NCBI GenBank assembly: GCA_963771175.1
Contig: CAVYSY010000032.1
Coordinates: forward strand, 320,001-384,000
DNA from: an uncultured delta proteobacterium
GTDB lineage: Bacteria > Myxococcota > Myxococcia > Myxococcales > Myxococcaceae
Direction of reading: 5' to 3'
Length of the DNA: 64,000 nucleotides
Positions 1 to 12,696 of this stretch are shown here, in pieces. A model generated the notes under the pieces. It saw nothing but the letters and a program-made list of their open reading frames with translations. It had not been told where the DNA came from and did not search any database. The position numbers and the translations under genes were made by a program. How positions within the stretch are numbered: position 1 is the stretch's first letter; each line of letters begins with the position of its first letter.

Positions 1-1334
1 TCGCGGTAGGCCTCCGTCATCGCCTCCGCGGCGCCCCGGTAGGCCTCCTCCACGAAGACGGTGGCCGGCTCATGCACCCACTCGGGAGGCCCCAGGAGGC
101 GGCGGCCGCGTCCCGCCTGCTCCGTCGGGTCATCCAACAGGCGCGAGAGGCCAGCGGGCTGCGGCTCATTGGCGCGGAGGCTCTCGGTGAGCATCTCGCG
201 CAGCACCTCGTTGGAGAACAGCGTGTTGCCCCGGAAGTTCACCCGCCACACGCGCAGTGGGTGGCCCTCCTCGATGTCGAAGGCGAGCACCGCCTCCTCT
301 CCATCCGGACGGAGCACCTCGCGCGGCTCCACGTGGACGTCGTGGAAACCCCGGTAGCGGTAGAAGGACTCCAGCCGTCGCGCCAACCGCGCCACCGTCG
401 AGGCATCCAGCGGCTCCGAGCCGTCGAAGATGACCACGCGCGCCAGCAGGGTGTCCGAGAAGCGGTGGTTGCCATGGAAGCGGAGGGTGAAACGAGGCCC
501 GGCGGAGAGGGGCACCACCACCGTCGCCGCGTCTCCCGCCCCGGTGAGCGTGGGCTGGCCCACGATGGAGCGCCAATAGCCCCGCTCGCGCAGCAGCATC
601 CGCAGCCGCTCCAGGCCGGAGTCCAGACCTCCGCGGTCCAGCACGCCGCCCACCTTCAGGCCCAGCGTGCCGATCAGCTCGGACAGAGGGAGCCCGGGGC
701 TGCCCGACACCGAGACGGCCGCCACCCGCGTGGGATTGCCCTCGAAGAGGGTGAACACCAGCGACACGCCACCGGGCACCGACTCGCGCGTCACCTGCAC
801 CCGCGCCTCGTTGTAGCCCTGGCGCCCGTACGCCCGCGACAGGCCCATCACCGCCGCCTGCAGCACGTCCTCGTCGAGTCGCTGGCCCACGGCGATGCCA
901 TGCGTCCGCAGCTCCTCCACCAGGGCGGAGTCCTTCAGGACGACGTTGCCCTCCACGGCGAGCCGGAGGATGGGATGCATGGGCGTGAGCGCGAAGACCA
1001 CGCGCACGCCACCGGGCACGTCCACCGCGCGCACCACGATGTCGGAGAAACGCCCGCTGGCCCACAATCGCTCCACCGAGCGCCGCACGGCACGGGCCGA
1101 CAGCGCCTGGCCCTTGCGCACCGCCACCAGCTCGGAGAGCCCCGCGGAGTCCACGTCCGCGGGCAGGTGCAGCTCCACGCCCACCACCTTGGGGGCGGCC
1201 GGGAGCACCGGGGCCTCGGGCTGAACCAGAAGCCTCGGCGACTCGACGGATTTCGCCGGCTCCACCTTCTCCGGCTGCGCCGCCGCGGAGCACGCCAGCA
1301 GCAGGCCGAGCGCGAACGCTACTCGGACTCCCAG
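1..1334 (-). CDS. Omp85/BamA-TamA family outer-membrane protein, N-terminal POTRA region (runs off window start; start codon uncertain)
   Basis: Minus-strand frame absent from the ORF track reads AFALGLLLACSAAAQ...VAVRKGQALSARAVRRSVERLWASGRFSDIVVRAV..., a signal peptide plus POTRA pattern. It lies directly downstream of tamB. Confidence 0.75.
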   Translation of the reverse strand, partial: MGVRVAFALGLLLACSAAAQPEKVEPAKSVESPRLLVQPEAPVLPAAPKVVGVELHLPADVDSAGLSELVAVRKGQALSARAVRRSVERLWASGRFSDIVVRAVDVPGGVRVVFALTPMHPILRLAVEGNVVLKDSALVEELRTHGIAVGQRLDEDVLQAAVMGLSRAYGRQGYNEARVQVTRESVPGGVSLVFTLFEGNPTRVAAVSVSGSPGLPLSELIGTLGLKVGGVLDRGGLDSGLERLRMLLRERGYWRSIVGQPTLTGAGDAATVVVPLSAGPRFTLRFHGNHRFSDTLLARVVIFDGSEPLDASTVARLARRLESFYRYRGFHDVHVEPREVLRPDGEEAVLAFDIEEGHPLRVWRVNFRGNTLFSNEVLREMLTESLRANEPQPAGLSRLLDDPTEQAGRGRRLLGPPEWVHEPATVFVEEAYRGAAEAMTEAYR

Positions 1335-4300
1335 CTCAACTTGAGCTCGAGTCCGAGGTTGCCGATGCCAAAGGCGTTGCTGTTCTCGTTGTCCCACTGG
1401 GCCTGAGCGGAGAGGCGGTTGTCGAAATGGTACTCGGCACGCGCGCGAGTCCCTCGCCCGCTGACGGGTTGCGTCACGCCAATCTTAAGCTGCTCCGTGA
1501 GGAACTTCGACTCCAACCGAGCGGTCGGCTCCGCCTGTTGGGTGGCGTCGTTGTAGGTGGTGGAGATCTGCAGGGACAGGTCCTTGAGGACCGGGTTGTT
1601 GGGGATGAAGCGCTGCACCTGCCGGTCCAGCCCGGAGATGTTGAAGAAGGCCTCGGCGGCCAGACCCGCGCTGGCGGAGGCGGCCGTGTCCTTGTCCGTG
1701 CTCGTGAGACCCAGAGTGAGGAGCGAGAGCACATCGCCCTCGGGCAGTGCCGGCTCCGAGGTGAGGAGCACCTGGGGAGCGGCCGGGCGGCCGAATGCGT
1801 GCAGTTTCACCTGGTACTCGCGCACCTGGGCCTGGGCGCGCAGGTCGAACACCGGATCGATGCCGAAGCGGTCCTGGAAGATGATCTGCCCGCGGCTGAC
1901 GGTGAACTGGTTGTTGCGGAAGAAGGCCTGACTGCCCTCTTCCGTCTCCAGCGTGCCGAGCACGCCCGGACGCACGTTGGTGCCGGTGAGCCGCAGCGAC
2001 CCGAGCAGCCGCGCGCGGGCCAGGTTGTTGTCCACGCGCACGTCACCCAGGTGCATGCCGATGTCGAAGGTGAGGTACTCGCGAGGCTTCTCCGTGGGCG
2101 TGGACAGCACGCTGCGCCGGGCGAGCCGCTTGAGGATGTCGTCCAGCTCCAGGCCCCGACGGTAGCGCAGGTTGCGGATGTCGAGCGCGCCGCCCAGCCG
2201 CAGCGCATCCGGGGTGCCGGTGAGCCAGAGCTGCCCGGTGGTGTTGAAGGGCAGGTCCTCGTGGAAGCGCGTGGCCACGTCGGAGAGGGAGACGTTCAGC
2301 ATCACCTCGGAGGGCTGGAAGTTGTCCAACCGCACGTCGCCGCTGGCCTGCACGCGGCCCTCGTTGAGCTGGCCCTGCAGCGACTCCAGGAGGATGCGCT
2401 GCTCGGTGAACTCCACCCGCCCGGACACGCCCCGCACCGACAGCGGCTGGTCCCTCAGAGACAGCTTGGTGTCGGAGATGAAGGCCGTGCCCGCCAGGGT
2501 CGGCTTGCTCGGGCTGCCGCCGGCCACGGCGTTGAGCTCCACCCGGCCGCCGGTGCGCACCAGCATGGGCGAGAGGGACTCGAGCACGCGCAGGTCCATG
2601 GCACCGCGCAGGAAGAGCTCGAGCCGCTCGAGGCCCACCCAGCCGGCCGCGGACAGCTCGGTGTCCGGCCCGCGGAAGAGGAAGGAGGGAACCTCCAGCC
2701 GCCCGTTCGCGTAGCTCAACGCGATGGGGCCCTCGTTCGCCCCGAAGAACCCCCCGCGCGACAGGGTGAGCCGCTCCACGGTGGCGTTCATCTGGATGGA
2801 CTGCACGTTGCGCAGCGCGCCCTGCGCCATCACCACCGCCTTGACCGAGCCGGACAGCCCCTGCGTGAAGGCATTGGCGGGCAGCAGCGGGCGGATTTCC
2901 GGCAGCTCCAGCGTCACCGCCGCGTCGAAGGCGTACGGCTCGCGCACGCGCATCCGCAGGATGCCGCTCGTGTCGCGGGAGGGACGACCCGCCACCATCA
3001 GCTCGCGCCCCTCCAGACGCGCCTCGAGGCCCATGTTGCCCAGGTTGCGGTTGGCGAACGTCACCTGCGGACCCCACACCCGGGCCGTCGTCACCGGCAG
3101 GTCCGTGTTGCCCTCCACCGCGCCTTCCAGGGCGAGCGTGCCCTGCACTTCCAGGCGCTTCGCCGACTCGGGGCCGACGAGCTCCTCCAGGGACAGGCTC
3201 TCGCCGCCGAAGCGGTAGTCCAGCTTGCCCTTGTCGGGCCCGGAGAAGAAGAAGGAGCCCTCCACCCAGGTGCGGCCCAGCGGCCCCTCCAGCGTCGAGC
3301 GCTCCAACACCATGGCCTTGCCATCATCAAAGCGCAGCCGGGCCGAGCCGTTGCCCATGCGCCGCCCGTAGTACGTGGTGTTCTTGAAGTCCAAGGCCAC
3401 CAGGCCCTCGAACTGGTCCACCGGGCTGTCGATCTCCACCCGGCCGGAGACCTCGCCCACCAGAGGCCCCTGCATGACGGAGATGGTGGAGTTGAGCCCA
3501 GCGATGAGGTCGATCAGATCCTCGGTGCGCCCGCGCGGCACCTCCACCTCGGCCCGCGCGTGCATCGAGCGCCCGAAGGTGAGCGCCGCGTTGCCGAAGT
3601 ACTGGGTGCGCCCCTTCTGTCCCGAGAGGTTGGGAAAGCCCAGCACCTTGTCCTGGTACGTCACCTTCCCCTGCACCACGCCCAGGTTGAAGCCCCAGAA
3701 CTCGAAGTCGCGCAGCGACAGGCTCGCGCCGATCTTCACGTCCGAGTACGGCCCCTCGATGGTAGCGCTCGCCGCGCCGCGCCCGGCCCACGGGAGCTCC
3801 GCGATGTGGCCGAAGTCGGAGAGGTCCATGTCGCCGCGGGTATTCACCAGGAGGCCCTTCTGCGGCTCGTAGAAGAGCGTCGCATCGCCGGTGAGGTGCG
3901 AGCGGCCCGACTCCAGGTCGATACCGTTGAAGACGACGCGGTCGCCCAGCAGTGCCACCTGCGAGCGCACGCGGCCGCGCTCGTAGGTGAGGAGCATGCT
4001 CCCGGTGTTCTCGGGCGCATCGAAGGCGCGTGTGGCGAGCACGAAGCGGCCGTGGCGCAGGTCCAGGTCACCCGACAGGTTGGGCCTGGGCAGCAACGTG
4101 CCGGACAGGTGCGCCCTGGCGCTGGCCGGGAAGTCCACCCAGGAGCCCGTCAGGCCCGCCTTCTCCAGGATGCGGCCGAACGACGCCTCGCGCGTCTCCA
4201 GGTCCAGCACCACCGGCAATCCCTGGCCGAGCCCGATGGTGCCGGTGATGCGCGCGTCCCCGGAGCCAATGGGAAGCGTGAGTTCCTCCACCGTCACCTG

Positions 4301-5252
4301 GTCTCCCGCGTACGCCAGCCGGGCCGTGAGCGAGCCCGGGGTGTACTTCCCGTAGGCGAGCCCACTGCCGGACAGCTCCAGCGACACGCTGGGCGCCGCC
4401 GGGCGGCCATTCACCGTGAGACGGGACCAGAGGTGCCCCTTCGCGTCCTTCGGCAGCAGCCCCGCCTGCGACAGCGTCCGCAGTGGCAGGAACACCTGCG
4501 CGTCCAGCGCGAGCACGGGATCACAGAGCTGCTCCACGCGACCGGAGATGTTCACCGTGACGTCGTCGAGCCCCACCTCGGCGCGGTCGAGCTCCAGCAA
4601 CTCCTCGTCCACGTCCAGCCCGCCCGAGAGCGCCAGCCGCCCGAGCGCGAGCTCCTGCCCTGGACCCAGGCGCACGAGGCCGCGCCGGGCCTCCACCTCG
4701 AACTCCTCCTCGCCCCAGCGCTCGCGCAGGCCGACGTCCAGCTCGGACACCTCCACCTGCCGGCCGCCGGGCAACACCAGCCGCAGCTCCGCGCCGGTGA
4801 TGGAGAGCCGGGACAGGCGCAGCCGCCGCAGCGGCACCAGCGGGCACACGCCCTCCTTGTCCGGGTCCTTGGGCGGCCTGGGACGCGACAGGTCCAACGA
4901 GAGCCGCGGCCGGTGGATGCGCACCAGGTCGATGGCCACCGTGCCGGAGATGGGGTTGGGGAGACCGAGCTGCACCTCGGCCGAGTCCGCGGCGAACACC
5001 GGGGTGTCGGCGCCCTTCTCGAAGGCGGACACGCCACGCAGGATGAGTCGCTGGCCGAGCGGATCCACCTCACACTGGCCGATGCCCACCTCCAGCCCAA
5101 GCAGCGCCGGGAGCTGGCGTCGGGCCTGGGTGCACAAACCATCCCAGACGGTGCGCGTACGCAGAGCCAGCACCGTCCCCGATCACGAGAGTGAGGACGA
5201 TGAGCCACAGCGGCGCCTTGCGCGCGCCCTGCTGCCTGGGACGAGGGGCCAA
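1319..5252 (-). CDS. tamB: Translocation/assembly module TamB (AsmA-like); N-terminal anchor split off by an apparent 1-nt indel in the run at 5177-5180
   Basis: 1284-aa beta-rich ORF with TamB/DUF490-type C-terminus (DPVFDLRAQ...VLLTSEPALPEGDVLSLLTLG). ORF 5070-5252 supplies the hydrophobic N-terminus (KAPLWLIVLTLVIG) in another frame. Confidence 0.8.
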
Positions 5253-5257
5253 AACGG

Positions 5258-6196
5258 CTACAGCTTACCGAGTCCCTCGAGATAGCGGTCGATCTCCGCG
5301 AGATCCACCTTCGAGGTGCCGCCTGCCCGACTGCCCGAGCTGGCGGCCAGGGCGGGCTTCTGTGGACTCTCCGGCAGCGACGAGCCCTGGAGTCCCAGGT
5401 TGTCCGCGATGCGATGGATCAGCTTGTCGCTGATGGTCTGCTCGCGGGCGAGGAAGGTCTCGAAGAGAGCGTTGTCGCAGATGCTGTTGATGACGCGCGG
5501 GGTGCCGCCCGAGCGCTGGTGGACGGCCAGCAGGGCCTCGGGGGTGAAGGGCATGCGCGGGCAGCCGGCCAGCCGGAGGCGATGCTTGATGTAGGCCTCG
5601 GTGGACTCGGCGGTGAAGGGCTCCAGCTTGTAGCGGAGCGCCACGCGCTGGGCGAGCGGCGGGTCCAGCTTGAGGTTCTTCTCGATCTCCGGCAGGCCGA
5701 AGAAGACGAAGGAGATGAGCTTGCGCTCGGGGACCTCCAGGTTCAGCAGGCCCCGGAACTCCTCCATCAGCTCGCGCGTCTCCAGCATCTGGGCCTCGTC
5801 GATGAGGACGACGGCCTTCTTGCCGGACTCGTAGATTTGGAGCAGCCGCTGGTAGAGCTGGGACAGCAGGGCCAGCTTCTCCTGGGCGGGGTTCTCCACG
5901 CCGAGCTGCAGGGCGATGCGGCGCAGCAACCAGTTGGCGGTGATGCCGGAGTGGATGATGACGAGCAGCGCGGCCTCGTACTCGGACTCGGGCAGCGAGT
6001 CGAGCATGCGGCGCGCCAGCGTCGTCTTGCCCGCCCCGATGTCACCAATCAGGATGGACAGACCCTTCATGTAGCTGACCGCGTGCATGAGCCGGGTCAG
6101 GGCCTGCGAGTGCTGGGCCGAGTTGTAATAGAAACGGCTCACCGGGGCGTTGGAGAAAGGCTCCTGGGTGAGCTCGAAGTAATCGAGGTAGGTCAT
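5258..6196 (-). CDS. ExeA/GspA-like AAA+ ATPase
   Basis: YLDYFELTQEPFS N-terminus, Walker A GDIGAGKTT, Walker B VVLIDEAQ, SGGTPRVIN motif. Confidence 0.9.
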   Translation of the reverse strand: MTYLDYFELTQEPFSNAPVSRFYYNSAQHSQALTRLMHAVSYMKGLSILIGDIGAGKTTLARRMLDSLPESEYEAALLVIIHSGITANWLLRRIALQLGVENPAQEKLALLSQLYQRLLQIYESGKKAVVLIDEAQMLETRELMEEFRGLLNLEVPERKLISFVFFGLPEIEKNLKLDPPLAQRVALRYKLEPFTAESTEAYIKHRLRLAGCPRMPFTPEALLAVHQRSGGTPRVINSICDNALFETFLAREQTISDKLIHRIADNLGLQGSSLPESPQKPALAASSGSRAGGTSKVDLAEIDRYLEGLGKL

Positions 6197-6220
6197 GGGC
6201 TCGGCGGACCTCTGACAGCG

Positions 6221-9200
6221 CTAGACGTAGCCTACCTTACGCGGCTTGGCGGTGCCCGCGGCGGCGGGCGGGGCAGCGGGAACGGGCATGCGAGCACCGG
6301 CGGCCGGGGAAGCCCCGGTGGGAGCCCGGCGCGCGGCGGGCAGCGGATCCGTCACCGGCGCGGTGGTGGCGGACAGCCGCTCCACGTGGCCGGAGACGTC
6401 GCGGAACTTCGGGTCGAGCGCGGCCACGCGCTGGTAGTGGTAGAGGGCCTTGCCCGCTTCACCGAGGCCCTCGTAGGCCAGGGCCAGCTCGAAGCCGATC
6501 GCCTTGGCCACCTCGCCGGTGGCGTGCTCGGTGGCGAGGGCCTCCTTGAAGGTCTGCACCGACGCGGCGGCATCGCCCTTCTGGGCCTGCAGCAGGCCGA
6601 TCATCGTGAGGCAGTCCACCTCACGCTTCTTGCCCATGCAGCCCTCGCGGGCCACGTTGAACTCGTTGAGGGCGTCGTCGATGAGGCCCATCTCGCGGTA
6701 GGCGATGCCCAGGTCGTAGTGGGTGTCCACGTCCTCGGGCTTGACCACCTTGGCGAGGCCCTTCTTGAACTCGGCGAAGACCTCCTCCACCGAGTACTGG
6801 AAGTCCTCTTCCGCCATGGGCGCCGCGGGCTGCTCACCGCCCAGGTCGCCGAACTCTCCGGCCAGCTCCGCCGCCAGATCGAACGCGTCGCGCTCGGCGG
6901 GGGACTCGCCCAGAGCGGGCACCGCGGGCACGGAGACCTCGGCCGCCTCGGTCTCCTCGGTCGTCGAGGCGCCACCGGACTCGGCCGCCTCGAGCTGGGC
7001 CATCAGCTCCTCGGCGCGCGCGTGACCCGGGAAGGCGATCATCACCGTCTCGAGGATCTCCCGCGCCTCCTCGAAGAGGCCCTGGTCGATGAAGAAGCTG
7101 GCCTCGTCGCACTCCTCGCCAGCCGGCTCCTCCTGGGGCTCCTCGACGACGGGCGCGGGCTGGGCCTTGGGAGCAGGCTGGGCCTTGGGCGCGGGCTGAG
7201 CCTTGGCAACGGGCGCTGCGGCCTGAGGCTGCGCCTTGGGCACCGCCGCCACCACGGGCTTGGGCGCGGGCGCGGGTTCGGGCTCGTCGAACTCGTAGGA
7301 AGCGAGCGCCGGCGAGTCCTCCGAGGTGCCCTCGTCCTCGAGGGGCAGCCCCGGGGAGCCGAGCGACGTCTGCTCGGAGTCGAACGGGTCCACCTCCAGC
7401 GGGAGCGCCGACACCCGTGTGGGCATGTCGTTCAGCGGGAGCGCCGACACCCGCGTGGGCATGTCGTCCATCTCCCCGAGAGCGGACTCGTCCGAGAAGG
7501 CATCCTGGAGGAACTGCGCCGAGGGCGCCCCCACCTGGGTCGGGGGCGGCTCGTCCTCGTCGCCGAGCGCCAGCGGGGCGCCGGGGTCGTCCGCCAGCAG
7601 CGGCTCGTCCTCCGAGGAGGCGGCCATCTCGAAGGCGGTATCGTCCGCGCCGACCGGCTCCATGAAGACGGTGGTGGCCTCCTCGGGCTCGTCGCCGGCG
7701 CCGAACAGGGGCTCGTCCCCCGACACCACCGCGCCCGGCTCGTCGGCGAGCACCAGCCCGTCGTCGGAGTCCGCCGACATGCCGAACGCATCGGAGACGA
7801 TCTCGTCCTGCACGTCGTCCGAGCCGCTCACGGACACCAGCGCGAGCTCGTCTCCAGGCGGGTGCTCCAGGGCATCGGCGGGCGCATCGGCGACGACGAT
7901 CTCATCGTCGTTGGAGTCCACGAGGATGGCGTCCTCGCCAACGGCCTCCACCTGCGCGCCCGTCACGGGCACCACTTCATCCGACTGCAGCACGGCCAGG
8001 AACGCCGGCACCTCGGGGTGGCCGGGGTTCTGCTGGAGGATGGTGGCCAGGTACGGCTGGGCGCGCTGCACCTCCGCGCGACGCGTGCACAGCCGGAGCA
8101 CGTTCAGGAGCTGCTCGCTGGCCTGGGCCGCGTTCCCGGAGGCGACGTAGATGTGGAACGCCTTCTCGTGCGCGTCGAGGTTCTCCGGATCCACCGCGAA
8201 GATCTTCCGCAGGTGCTCGAGCGCCTTATCGTGCAGGCCGTACTTGACGTAGACTTCCGTCTCCGTCAGCAGCTTGGAGAATTGGTCCTTGCCAGCCTGC
8301 TCCTTGCCGGCCTGGGCCGCGGCGGGCGCGGGAGCACTCGCGGCCGGCGGAGGGGCCGGAGTGGGCGGAGCCGCGGGAGCCGCCGCGACGGGAGCCGCCA
8401 CGACAGCCGGCTTCGGGATGGGAGCGGGGGTCGGAGCGGGAGTTGGGGCCGCGACGGGAGCCGGGGCAGGCGCGGCGGCGGACGGGCCCGCGGACTTGTA
8501 GGCCTGCAGATCCGCATCGGCCGGATCCAACTCGGCCACGCGGTTCCAGATGTTGTTGGCGTCCTGGTTGCGACCGCGCTCCTGGTAGACCTTGGCCAGC
8601 TCCTTGTAGACGGAGATGGTCTTGGCCGTCTGCCCGAGCCCGTGGAAGGCCTGGGCCAACATGTTGAGCGTCTCGACGTCGCGCCCATCCGCCTTGAAGC
8701 ACACCTGCAACCGGGCCAGCGCGCGCTTCTGATCTCCGCGCGACAGGTACTGCTGGGCCAGATCCTTGGCGAGCGCGACGTTGTCCGGATCCAACGTGGA
8801 GAGTCGTTCCGCCACGCGGAACCAGTCATCCATCCGGTTGTTGCGCTTGAGGTACTCGGCGGCCTTCTTGAACTCCTGGGTGGCCTCGCGAGGGAGGTTC
8901 TCGCGCGCGTACAGCTCGGCGAGCTTGATCTTCGACGCCACGTTATCGGGGTCGAGATCCACCATCTTCTTGAGCGTATCCAGCGAGTTCTTGACGTCGC
9001 CGGCCTTCTCGTAGTGGTTGGCGACGAGCTGGAAATACGCCATGGCCTCGGACATCAGTCCGAGCTGCTGATGGAGCTCCGCGAGCTTGAGGTTGACCTC
9101 GAGCAGGTTGGGGTTGAGCTTGAGGACCTGCTTGTAGAGGGCAACGGCCTTGAGGAAGAAGCCGTCGGTCGAGTAGCCCTCGGCGACCTTGGTGAAGTAG

Positions 9201-9373
9201 TGGGCGGCCTGAACGTTGTCGTTCTTCTTCTGGTACAGCTCGCCCATCTTCTGGAGGACGCGCCCGTCCTTCGGGTCGACCTCCAGTACCTTCTGGTACT
9301 CCTTGATGGCCTTGTCGTAGGCGCCCTTCGCAACGAGCTTGGCGGCGGCTTCGATGATCTTGTTCTTGTCCAT
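6221..9373 (-). CDS. sgmX: TPR-repeat polarity/type IV pilus activator, SgmX-like
   Basis: N- and C-terminal TPR arrays separated by Pro/Ala-rich and acidic linkers. Position between accC and the ExeA ATPase matches the Myxococcus sgmX locus as I recall it. Confidence 0.8.
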   Translation of the reverse strand: MDKNKIIEAAAKLVAKGAYDKAIKEYQKVLEVDPKDGRVLQKMGELYQKKNDNVQAAHYFTKVAEGYSTDGFFLKAVALYKQVLKLNPNLLEVNLKLAELHQQLGLMSEAMAYFQLVANHYEKAGDVKNSLDTLKKMVDLDPDNVASKIKLAELYARENLPREATQEFKKAAEYLKRNNRMDDWFRVAERLSTLDPDNVALAKDLAQQYLSRGDQKRALARLQVCFKADGRDVETLNMLAQAFHGLGQTAKTISVYKELAKVYQERGRNQDANNIWNRVAELDPADADLQAYKSAGPSAAAPAPAPVAAPTPAPTPAPIPKPAVVAAPVAAAPAAPPTPAPPPAASAPAPAAAQAGKEQAGKDQFSKLLTETEVYVKYGLHDKALEHLRKIFAVDPENLDAHEKAFHIYVASGNAAQASEQLLNVLRLCTRRAEVQRAQPYLATILQQNPGHPEVPAFLAVLQSDEVVPVTGAQVEAVGEDAILVDSNDDEIVVADAPADALEHPPGDELALVSVSGSDDVQDEIVSDAFGMSADSDDGLVLADEPGAVVSGDEPLFGAGDEPEEATTVFMEPVGADDTAFEMAASSEDEPLLADDPGAPLALGDEDEPPPTQVGAPSAQFLQDAFSDESALGEMDDMPTRVSALPLNDMPTRVSALPLEVDPFDSEQTSLGSPGLPLEDEGTSEDSPALASYEFDEPEPAPAPKPVVAAVPKAQPQAAAPVAKAQPAPKAQPAPKAQPAPVVEEPQEEPAGEECDEASFFIDQGLFEEAREILETVMIAFPGHARAEELMAQLEAAESGGASTTEETEAAEVSVPAVPALGESPAERDAFDLAAELAGEFGDLGGEQPAAPMAEEDFQYSVEEVFAEFKKGLAKVVKPEDVDTHYDLGIAYREMGLIDDALNEFNVAREGCMGKKREVDCLTMIGLLQAQKGDAAASVQTFKEALATEHATGEVAKAIGFELALAYEGLGEAGKALYHYQRVAALDPKFRDVSGHVERLSATTAPVTDPLPAARRAPTGASPAAGARMPVPAAPPAAAGTAKPRKVGYV
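7397..7467. repeat. 36-bp-period tandem duplication in sgmX (DMPTRVSALPL x2)
   Basis: cagcgggagcgccgacacccg(t/c)gtgggcatgtcgt at 7397 and 7433. Confidence 0.9.
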
Positions 9374-9455
9374 CGAGCGTGGGCTTCCTGCCGAGCGAAC
9401 CCCCCGGAAAGTCTGGGGATTCTGCTTCCTTCAAGGTGACTGCGAGGGAGAGTCG

Positions 9456-9485
9456 AGGCTAGCGGAATCCTCCCTCACGGGTCAA
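9456..9485 (-). promoter_or_regulatory. Putative sigma70-type promoter for sgmX
   Basis: Minus strand TTGACC-N18-TAGCCT about 80 bp upstream of the ATG. Confidence 0.45.
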
Positions 9486-9497
9486 GGAATCCACCCG

Positions 9498-9529
9498 GCA
9501 CAACCCCCCGCAGGATCAGGGGGTTGTGC
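9498..9529 (-). terminator. Stem-loop downstream of accC
   Basis: GCACAACCCCC-N10-GGGGGTTGTGC perfect inverted repeat. Confidence 0.6.
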
Positions 9530-9548
9530 GAAGAGCAGGCAGGCAAGC

Positions 9549-10947
<1,399 letters not shown>

Positions 10948-10986
10948 GATGTCGTGCCTCCGCGGGGCGCCGAGCGCCCGCGTACG

Positions 10987-11568
10987 TCAGACCGGCTCGA
11001 TGCGGAACAGCGCCTGGCCGAACTCGACCGGCTGCCCGTTCTCCACGAGGATCTCGGCGACCTTGCCCGCCACGTCGGCCTCGATCTCGTTCATCAGCTT
11101 CATGGCTTCGATGATGCAGAGCACCTGGCCCTTCTTCACCACCGAGCCCACGTCGACGAAGGCGGGCGGTCCGGGGCGGGCGTCCGGTAGAACGTGCCCC
11201 ACGAACGGGCTGGTGACGACGTGACCGGGCCGCTCCGCCGCCGGAGCGGCGGCCGCGACGGGAGCCGGAGCCGCCACGGCGGGAGCAGCAGCCATGGGGG
11301 CGGCGGCCATCACCGGAGCAGGACTCACCGAAGGCGTCACCGGGGCCGCATGGACGATGGTGGGCACGGGCGCGGGGCCACGGCGGATGAACAGCCGCTC
11401 CTCACCACGCTGCCACACCAGCCGCGTCACCTCGGACGCCTCGAGGATCTCCACGATCTGCCGGAGCGCCTCCACGTCCAGGGCGGTGGTGTTGCCCTCC
11501 ACACGCACGCCACCAGACTGCGCGGCGGGCGCGGACTCCGTTCGGATTGCCTTGCGCTTGGTTGCCAA
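10987..11568 (-). CDS. accB: Biotin carboxyl carrier protein
   Basis: [11 protein letters not shown] biotinylation motif and Ala/Pro linker. TTG start follows GAGGGG. A compensating indel pair corrupts the expected GTFYR motif. Confidence 0.9.
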   Translation of the reverse strand: MATKRKAIRTESAPAAQSGGVRVEGNTTALDVEALRQIVEILEASEVTRLVWQRGEERLFIRRGPAPVPTIVHAAPVTPSVSPAPVMAAAPMAAAPAVAAPAPVAAAAPAAERPGHVVTSPFVGHVLPDARPGPPAFVDVGSVVKKGQVLCIIEAMKLMNEIEADVAGKVAEILVENGQPVEFGQALFRIEPV

Positions 11569-11599
11569 TTCCGTCCCCTCCCTGAACCGCGGTGGATTC

Positions 11600-12177
11600 T
11601 CAGCCCGCGGTGGCCACGCGCGTGAGGTACTTGCCGTCGCGCGTGTCGATCTTGAGGATGTCACCCTCGTTGATGAAGAGCGGCACGTTGACGCTGTAGC
11701 CCGTCTCCAGCTCGCCGGCTTCAGCGCACCGGACACCGTGTCGCCACGCACGCCCGGATCGCACTTCGTCACCTTCAGGTCCACCGAGTTCGGCAGGGTC
11801 ACGCCAATGGCCTTGCCGTTGTAGAACAGGATGGCCGCGTTGATGTTCTCCTTCAGGAAGTTCTTCGCCTCCCCGAGCACGTCCGCGCTGATGAACGTCT
11901 GCTCGTAGTTGCGCGTATCCATGAAGTAGAAGTCGCCGCCCTGCTCGTACAGGTACTGCATGTCCTTCTCTTCGATGTCGGGCTTGCCCACCTTGTCGCC
12001 GGACTTGAAGGTCGGCTGAAGCACGCGACCGGACAGCAGGCTGCGGATGGACGTGCGCACGAAGGCGGAGCCCTTGCCCGGCTTGACGTGCTGGAACTCG
12101 ACGATCTCGAACGGCTCGCCGTCGACTTCGATCTTCATGCCCTTGCGGAACTCGGACGTATCAATCACACCGGCCAT
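11600..12177 (-). CDS. efp: Elongation factor P (apparent indel near 11715)
   Basis: [15 protein letters not shown] and PGVRGDT motifs. The C-terminus [36 protein letters not shown] continues in a shifted frame to TGA at 11600-11602. Confidence 0.92.
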
Positions 12178-12281
12178 GACAGGCTCCTTCGGACAGCTTG
12201 AAAAAGTCCGGGGTGTCTAGCCGATGGGCCACGCCTTGCAAAGGGGAAAGGCGCGGCGCGCTGCGCCGTCGGCCCGGCAGG

Positions 12282-12645
12282 CTACAGACTCAGCGCGAAT
12301 CTTGGGGGCGATCACCCGCAGGACGTATCGGCCCTTACCGTAATTGCCGTCCGCCCGAAGCGCCAGGATGAGGAAGTATTCCGGCGAGATGAGGCGCATC
12401 AGCGTCAGCACACGCTCGCTGTTGACGCTGACCTCCTGGACCTCGCCGGTCTTGAGGGCCTCGGCGGCCTGCCGGAGCTGACCGAGCAGGTTGGCGTACT
12501 CCACCCAGGTGCCGTTCAGATCCAGGTCGGCCGCCTCCTCCTTCTGATGGGTCTCCACGGAGATACCGTCGAAACCCATCACGCTGCAGGCCAGGGCCCC
12601 GTCTACCTGATTGACGACCGACTCGAGGTGCGTGCGGAAGGACAT
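12282..12645 (-). CDS. mglC: Roadblock/LC7 protein, MglC-like polarity factor (one extra base near the end; corrected about 120 aa)
   Basis: VDGALACSVMGFDGISV...NYGKGRYVLR roadblock fold, between efp and the pil cluster. Removing one base gives ...KIRAEL* ending at 12282. Confidence 0.75.
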
Positions 12646-12696
12646 GGCTGCTGGCTTGTAGGAGGGGTGGGTTGTCAGGTCAAGGAGTAGTGGTCG

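Noticed and set aside
10987..12177. Apparent EF-P/BCCP fusion protein (396 aa) in the ORF track
   Set aside because: The proper EF-P C-terminus and stop lie in another frame, and accB has its own RBS and TTG start. The fusion comes from an indel near 11715.
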